NCBI GenBank assembly: GCA_037446215.1
Contig: JBBIJB010000071.1
Coordinates: 1 to 11,291 of the forward strand
Direction: 5' to 3'
Length of the DNA stretch: 11,291 bases
DNA from: Armatimonadota bacterium
GTDB lineage: Bacteria > Sysuimicrobiota > Sysuimicrobiia > Sysuimicrobiales > Humicultoraceae
Shown here: positions 1-4,847 of the stretch, one piece after another
Layout of the letters: each line of letters begins with the position of its first letter
How positions within the stretch are numbered: position 1 is the stretch's first letter
Program-made: the position numbers and the translations under genes
The notes under the pieces: model-generated
What the model was told of the DNA's origin: nothing
Seen by the model: the letters and a program-made list of their open reading frames with translations, nothing else
Databases searched by the model: none

Positions 1-500
1 TCGGGCTCGTTCCATATCTCCCAGTGCTTGACCCGTGAGGAGAAGCGGCGGACCAGGTAGCCGACGAACGCCCCCATGTCGCGCATCCGTAGGGGAGGAT
101 GATCCGGCCCTGCCGGGTTTGCCCAGGTCGGCGTTACGAGGATCACCATGTAGACGCGCATCCCCGCGGACCGGATGGCGTCGATCATGGTCTCAAGGCC
201 CGAGAGATAGTGCTCATCGTACCTTCCCCTTACAGGCTCCGCGGCCTTCCAGCTCACCCCCAGCCGCACCCACGTGACCCCCGCTTCCTTCATCATGCGT
301 ACTTCGAGCTGCTGGTCACTCACAGAGGTGAACGGCTCGAGTCCGCTGTGCACGCCGAAGGGAGGGGGTCCCGTCGTGGAGAGGCCAGGCGCGGCCGCCG
401 CCAGCACGACGGTGAGCGCCATCGTCAGCAGGGGCAGCACTAACCCCGGTGCCGTGAGCCGGCCGTATCTCGCCGCTCGCGCAGCGGCACGCAGCGTCAT
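1..500 (-). CDS. Secreted clan GH-A glycoside hydrolase (GH5/GH39-like), N-terminal part only, truncated by the window edge; paralog of 672..1898
   Basis: Not in the ORF track. Manual translation from ATG at 500-498: MTLRAAARAARYGRLTAPGLVLPLLTMALTVVLAAAAPG...EAGVTWVRLGVSWKAAEPVRGRYDEHYLSGLE...HPPLRMRDMGAFVGYLVRRFSSRVKHWEIWNEP. It has a basic then hydrophobic signal-peptide-like N-terminus and the GH-A acid/base motif WNEP, and aligns without gaps to the 672..1898 protein. Start codon uncertain (no clear SD). Confidence 0.88.
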   Translation of the reverse strand, partial: MTLRAAARAARYGRLTAPGLVLPLLTMALTVVLAAAAPGLSTTGPPPFGVHSGLEPFTSVSDQQLEVRMMKEAGVTWVRLGVSWKAAEPVRGRYDEHYLSGLETMIDAIRSAGMRVYMVILVTPTWANPAGPDHPPLRMRDMGAFVGYLVRRFSSRVKHWEIWNEP

Positions 501-613
501 GCCTTGTCTGGAAGGGGGAGAAGGTACCCCGCTGTCGTTTCGATAATCTAGACGCCGCTTTGGCCCTTGCGATTGCCCGTCCACTTGCGGCGGGCCTGCG
601 GCATGGCAGCGAC

Positions 614-641
614 ATTCTACTACAACACCCAAAGCTCCTGC
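614..641 (-). promoter_or_regulatory. Putative promoter for the <1..500 gene (SigH-like GCAGGA-N18-GAAT; also contains TAGAAT)
   Basis: Minus strand reads GCAGGA gctttgggtgttgtagta GAAT, resembling the Bacillus SigH consensus RNAGGA...GAAT. TAGAAT (619-614) is also a 5/6 match to the sigma70 -10 hexamer. Confidence 0.4.
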
Positions 642-671
642 CATCGGTAGGCGGGAGAGGGGGACCTCGGC

Positions 672-1898
672 CTAAGGCCTGGCCGCGACCAAGGTGCCGA
701 GCGCCCGCGCCTGACGCTGGTAGGCGGCATAGGCGGGCTTGGGCTCGAAGTTGTTCCGGACCAGGCCGTAGTTGTGGTAGGCGAGCGTCGGGTCTGTTCC
801 CTTGTCACGCAGGTTGTACCACATAGCCACCTTGATGAACGGGTACTCCTGAGAGATCTTCTCGTACGCCCTGAAGAGGTAGGTGGCCTGGGTAGCGTGG
901 CTGACACCCTCTGCCCAGTCTCCTGTCGCCCCCGGGGCCCTCCGGTTTGTCGGCCAGGACATCTCGGTTATCCAGATGGGCTTGCGGGAGTCACCGCTCG
1001 CGACCATGATCCTGCGGAGCTCGGCTATGCCGTTGAAGGAGTTGCGCGTGTGGGGATGGATCTCATCCGGGCTTCGCCGGAAGACATAAGGGTGGACTCC
1101 TAGTATGTCGAAGAAGGGGCGGGCTCCCAGCGCGTACATCTGGCGGAGGTAGTCCACGTTGTTGCCGGCCAGTCCCCCGGATATGAAGACGGCCTTTGGG
1201 TCGGCTGCCTTGCCCGCGGCGTAGGCTTCCCTCAGCATCTCCACGAACGCCCGGGCGTCGGGCGCCGGCTTCCAGAACTCGTGCCAGTCGGGCTCGTTCC
1301 AGATCTCCCAGTGCCCCACACGAGAGGAGAAGCGGCGGACCGCGTAGCCGACAAACTCCCCGATGTCCCTCATGCGCAACGGCGGGTGCTGCCATCCTGA
1401 GGCGTTCGCCCACGGGGGAGTGGCCAGGACGAGGAGCATCACCTGCATGCCGGCGGCGCGGATCTCGTCCAGGAGCGACTCCATGCCCCTGAGGTACTCC
1501 TCGTTGTAGCGGCCCTTGCCCGGCTCGGCGGCGTACCAGTTCAGCACTATCCTGACCCAGGTGACGCCCGCCTGCTGCATCAGGGCGATCTCGCGCCTCC
1601 GGGCGGCCGGCGGGCTGTCCGGCTGGATGTCGCTCTGGATCCCCATGAGTGACGGGTCCGCGGGACCTATCCGCTCGGGCACATCGCCTGGTGGTGGCGC
1701 CTTGTCCGTCTCGACGCCGGGCGGCAGGACCGCGCCCTGCGCGATGAGAGCGGCGTCCTCATCGGGTTGCACGGTGGCTGTAGGGTGGGGTTCCGTAGCG
1801 CCTATGACCTCGATCGGGGCCGATACGGCCAGTAGACCGGCCAGGGCGAAGGTCGCTACGACTAGCGGGCTCCGGACTCGCCATCCGTGATGGATCAA
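672..1898 (-). CDS. Secreted clan GH-A glycoside hydrolase (GH5/GH39-like TIM barrel), 408 aa
   Basis: TTG start preceded by AGGGGTAAGGAAG. Signal-peptide-like N-terminus (WRVRSPLVVATFALAGLLAVSA), Pro/acidic linker, then AGVTWVR, acid/base motif WEIWNEPD, GVHPY, nucleophile motif PIWITEMSW, WYNLRD and a YGLV...PKPAY C-terminus. TAG stop. Exact CAZy family cannot be determined by eye. Confidence 0.9.
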   Translation of the reverse strand: MIHHGWRVRSPLVVATFALAGLLAVSAPIEVIGATEPHPTATVQPDEDAALIAQGAVLPPGVETDKAPPPGDVPERIGPADPSLMGIQSDIQPDSPPAARRREIALMQQAGVTWVRIVLNWYAAEPGKGRYNEEYLRGMESLLDEIRAAGMQVMLLVLATPPWANASGWQHPPLRMRDIGEFVGYAVRRFSSRVGHWEIWNEPDWHEFWKPAPDARAFVEMLREAYAAGKAADPKAVFISGGLAGNNVDYLRQMYALGARPFFDILGVHPYVFRRSPDEIHPHTRNSFNGIAELRRIMVASGDSRKPIWITEMSWPTNRRAPGATGDWAEGVSHATQATYLFRAYEKISQEYPFIKVAMWYNLRDKGTDPTLAYHNYGLVRNNFEPKPAYAAYQRQARALGTLVAARP

Positions 1899-1901
1899 CT
1901 T

Positions 1902-2000
1902 CCTTACCCCTTTCGGTAGCCCGGCTTGCCGCTCGTGCGATCGGCCCCGTGGCTTTGCGTCCCTGCCTCGCGGCAGGTTTGCCCTTATCGAGGGGTCAGG
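1902..2000 (-). ncRNA. c-di-GMP-I (GEMM-I) riboswitch in the leader of the glycoside hydrolase gene
   Basis: Minus strand: CCUGACCCCUCGAUAAGGGCAAA-CCUGCC-GCGA-GGCAGG-GACGCAAAGCC-ACGGGGCCGAUCGCACGAGCGGCAAGCCGGGCU-ACCGAAAGGGGUAAGG. It has the class hallmarks GGGCAAACC, a 6-bp P2 stem with GNRA tetraloop, GGGACGCAAAGCC, a pairable P3 (AGCC/GGCU, CGG/CCG, GCCG/CGGC) and 3' UACCGA, as in the Vibrio cholerae Vc2 aptamer. Confidence 0.93.
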
Positions 2001-2100
2001 CGGCCCTCCGGCTGCCCCTTGGAACGCCCAGCCCGCCTCGCGGCGGGCCTGCCCCTTCTTGACTAGACGTTACCCCCCTGTCCCGCTTCGAAGGCTGTGA

Positions 2101-2128
2101 GGAGGATTCTGTCAGGGTTTGCGCGAAG
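2101..2128 (+). promoter_or_regulatory. Putative SigH-like promoter of hup
   Basis: GGAGGA ttctgtcagggtttgcgc GAAG: same AGGA-N18-GAA spacing as 614..641, about 60 nt upstream of the hup start. Confidence 0.3.
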
Positions 2129-2186
2129 CGCCCCAGTGACGTGCCAGCAGAGGCGCGGCAACATCGGCTCGGTGAGGAGGTGAGTC

Positions 2187-2459
2187 ATGAACAAGGAGCA
2201 ACTCGTCGAGAAGGTTGCGGCCAAGACCGGCACCACGAAGAAGGACGCGCTCAACGTAGTCAACACTGCACTGGACCTGGTCGGCGCGGCCCTCAAGAAG
2301 GGTGACAAGGTAACGCTCGTCGGATTCGGTACCTTCCTGGTGCGCAAGCGGAAGGCCCGCGAGGGGCGCAACCCTCAGACCGGCGCCAAGATCCGGATCC
2401 CTGCCAAGAAGGTCCCCGCGTTCACGCCGGGGAAGGAGCTGAGGACGACGGTCAAGTAG
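2187..2459 (+). CDS. hup: DNA-binding protein HU, 90 aa
   Basis: MNKEQLVEKVA...GDKVTLVGFGTFLVRKRKAREGRNPQTG...IPAKKVPAFTPGKEL is the canonical HU signature. Strong SD GAGGAGGTGA upstream. Confidence 0.98.
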   Translation: MNKEQLVEKVAAKTGTTKKDALNVVNTALDLVGAALKKGDKVTLVGFGTFLVRKRKAREGRNPQTGAKIRIPAKKVPAFTPGKELRTTVK

Positions 2460-2481
2460 CAACATGGTCCGAACCCGCGAC

Positions 2482-2516
2482 GGGCAGGCCGTCTCCGACG
2501 GCCTGCCCTTCCTTTT
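2482..2516 (+). terminator. Rho-independent terminator after hup
   Basis: Perfect 12-bp stem GGGCAGGCCGTC-tcc-GACGGCCTGCCC (2482-2508) followed by TTCCTTTT. Confidence 0.85.
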
Positions 2517-2654
2517 CGCACGGAGGAGGAGGGCGTCGTCGAAGAGAAGAGAAACCGGGAATCCAGCGCGTCGCCGTCAACGCCCTCATCCCTACTCTAG
2601 GAGCCGCGGGTAGCCTGGGATCCCGTAAAGCGCGGGGGGAGGAAGCCGTCCGCC

Positions 2655-4232
2655 GTGTGGGTAGATCTGCTGGCAGATGAGATAGCGCGGGAGCGCACCG
2701 AGCCCCGCCACGTCGTGAACGACGCTAAGAGCCCGTCCGGCCGGGTCACGGTCGGCGCCCTGCGGGGAGTACTCCTCCATGACTGCGTGACCAGGGCCCT
2801 GCGTGAGCGCGGCGTACAGGCGGAGTTCCTCTACGGCTACGATGACTTTGATCCCATGGACGGCCTTCCGCCGGGGCGCGAGGACCTCGCTCCATATCTG
2901 GGCGTCCCGTTGTGCGATATCCCCTCGCCGGACAGTTCGGCGGGCAGCTTCGCGGAGTTCTACGCAAACGAGTTCACCTCTGTCTTCAACCATCTCGGCG
3001 TCACCCCGAGCATCTACTGGTCCAGCACCCTCTACCGTTCGGGCTTCTTCGATCCGGCGATAACGCTGGCACTCGATCGGGCGGGGGAGATCGCCGAGAT
3101 CGATCGAGCAGTGAGCGGGGGCAGGCGCGCCGACCGCCACCCGGTTCAGGTGATCTGCGAGGGGTGCGGGAAGGTGGGCACCACCGTCCTAACGGGGTGG
3201 GACGGCGAGATGGTGGGCTACTCGTGCGTGGCCGACAAGGTTACATGGGCCAAGGGGTGCGGCCACCAGGGCAGGCGCTCTCCGCTCGGAGGAGGCTGCA
3301 AGCTCCAGTACGTGACGGAGTGGGCCGCTAAGTGGCACCTTCTAGGGGTGACCGTGGAGGGGGCAGGCAAGGACCACATGACCAGGGGGGGGAGCCACGA
3401 CAGGGCCGGGGCGATCGTGGAGGCGGTGTTTGGGTCCCCGAGGCCGTTTCCCATTGCCTATGAGTGGTTCCTGGTGGGCGGTCGCAAGATGTCCACCAGC
3501 AAGGGTGTCGGCATGACCGCGGTCGAGTTTGACGATCTCCTGCGGCCACAGCTTGCCAGGTTCTCGATGATAAGGCCGCACTACCGGCAGCACGTCGATT
3601 TCGATCCCGCCGGCGACACGATACCGCTTCTCTATGACGAGTTCGATAGAGGAGCGGATGCCTACTTCGGGCGTAGAGACGATCCCGAGCTGTCGAGGAC
3701 CTTTCACTACTCGCACTCCTCGCCCCCCCCCGCGGATGTCCTGAGGATTGGGTTCTCAACGGTGGCGCACCTCTGCCAGATGCCGTCGGTGGATGTCTGG
3801 GCGGAGGCGGAGCGCAGGAAGGGCTCGCCCCTGACCGCCGAAGACCGGATCGAGTTGGAGGCGAGGTTGACAGACGCGCGCAGGTGGCTCTCGAAGTACG
3901 CCCCGGATGCCCAGAGGTTCGAGGTTCGCCAGGCCCTCCCGGAGTCCGCCGCAGGCCTAACCGAGGGGCAGCGCCGGTTCCTGGCGGCGCTGGTTCCCCT
4001 CGTCGAGTCCGGGATGGATGGTGACGGGCTGCGGGAGGCGATTCACAGGCTCAAGGGAGACCATGCGCTCTCTCCGAGAGAGGCATTCGGCGCCATCTAC
4101 CGGGTCTTCCTAGACCGGGATTCGGGACCGCAGGCCGGTTGGCTCCTTGCGGCCCTGGACCGCGGCTTCGTGGTGGATCGCCTCAGGGCGGCCTCAGGGC
4201 AAGTGTCTTCCGACCCGGGGGCGCCCAGTTGA
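2655..4232 (+). CDS. lysS: Lysine--tRNA ligase, class I (LysRS1), 525 aa
   Basis: PSG-x-x-(HIGH equivalent TVGA)-LRG, DDFDPMD, YLGVPLCDIPSP, Zn-binding CEGC...C...CGH, EGAGKDH, YEWFL, KMSTSKG (KMSKS) and C-terminal GPQAG. GTG start with GGAGG upstream. Confidence 0.96.
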   Translation: MWVDLLADEIARERTEPRHVVNDAKSPSGRVTVGALRGVLLHDCVTRALRERGVQAEFLYGYDDFDPMDGLPPGREDLAPYLGVPLCDIPSPDSSAGSFAEFYANEFTSVFNHLGVTPSIYWSSTLYRSGFFDPAITLALDRAGEIAEIDRAVSGGRRADRHPVQVICEGCGKVGTTVLTGWDGEMVGYSCVADKVTWAKGCGHQGRRSPLGGGCKLQYVTEWAAKWHLLGVTVEGAGKDHMTRGGSHDRAGAIVEAVFGSPRPFPIAYEWFLVGGRKMSTSKGVGMTAVEFDDLLRPQLARFSMIRPHYRQHVDFDPAGDTIPLLYDEFDRGADAYFGRRDDPELSRTFHYSHSSPPPADVLRIGFSTVAHLCQMPSVDVWAEAERRKGSPLTAEDRIELEARLTDARRWLSKYAPDAQRFEVRQALPESAAGLTEGQRRFLAALVPLVESGMDGDGLREAIHRLKGDHALSPREAFGAIYRVFLDRDSGPQAGWLLAALDRGFVVDRLRAASGQVSSDPGAPS

Positions 4233-4688
4233 GGATACTTTCGTTGTCACGGGCCGAGGAGAGACACCTGGAGCAGATCAGGGCCGTTGCCCCTGGGCTG
4301 GAGGTCGATGCCACCGCGGACGCGGGCCGAGCCGCGCATCTGGCCGCCGATGCCGAGGTCATCGTGGGTTGGCATCTTCCCGATAGTGTTCTCTCGGAGG
4401 CGCGCGCGCTGAGGTGGATTCACTCTACGGCCGCGGGGGTGGACAGGCTCCTGGTTCCGTCGGTCAGGGAGGGGCGGGTGCTGCTGACCAGCAGCGTGGG
4501 ACAGACAGGCCGCTCCGGCCCGGCGGGCGTCTGCTTTCGGCATGCGGGTCATCGGGACGAAGAGGATGCCCCGGCCGGTTGTGTGCGTGGAGCGGGTGCT
4601 ACCGCATAATCACGCCTCACGTCTCCAGAGGCGCTACGTGGCAGGGGCTCCGATGCTGAACGTGGTGGATCCCGAGCGTGGCTACCAG
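4229..4688 (+). pseudogene. D-2-hydroxyacid dehydrogenase family pseudogene, four fragments across three frames
   Basis: TTG start overlaps the lysS stop (TTGA). Fragment 1, 4229-~4501: MRILSL...ADAEVIVGW...LRWIHSTAAGVDRLL...LLTSSVG. Fragment 2, ~4518-4604: ARRASAFGMRVIGTKR...VERVLP. Fragment 3, 4606-4626: IITPHVS. Fragment 4, ~4623-4688: RRYVAGAPMLNVVDPERGY. The GxGxxG NAD-binding motif and most of the cofactor domain are absent. Confidence 0.85.
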
Positions 4689-4847
4689 CCGGGCCTGGGG
4701 GCCGACGCCACGGGTACGGTCTCTCGTGCCGCACCACCGGGGAGGCGCCCTTGGTGCGCGGATGGGCTATCATAGAGGGGTATGCAGTGTGCAGGCCGCC
4801 TGGCCGGCGGCCCGGCATGCGCACTCACGACCTGGAGGGGGATGAAG

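Noticed and set aside
628..643. Sigma54-like TGGCAG-N5-TTGG on the minus strand
   Set aside because: The conserved -12 GC is GG here; the SigH-like or sigma70 -10 reading fits better.
672..674. Genome-wide amber recoding (pyrrolysine or alternative code)
   Set aside because: TAG ends hup, rpoD, ahcY and others at their expected C-termini; no pyl genes in the window.
1978..1986. 3',3'-cGAMP-sensing GEMM-Ib variant
   Set aside because: The discriminator position equivalent to Vc2 G20 is G (AGGGCAAACC), not A, so c-di-GMP is the expected ligand.
2149..2156. AGAGGCGC, resembling the lysine riboswitch 5' motif
   Set aside because: Only 30 nt from the hup start; no room for the aptamer.
2517..2654. 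T-box or lysine riboswitch before lysS
   Set aside because: No GGUGGNACC antiterminator bulge, no terminator and no lysine aptamer architecture.
4139..4775. ORFs 4139..4609, 4414..4659 and 4542..4775 as independent genes
   Set aside because: Each carries a fragment of the same broken dehydrogenase.
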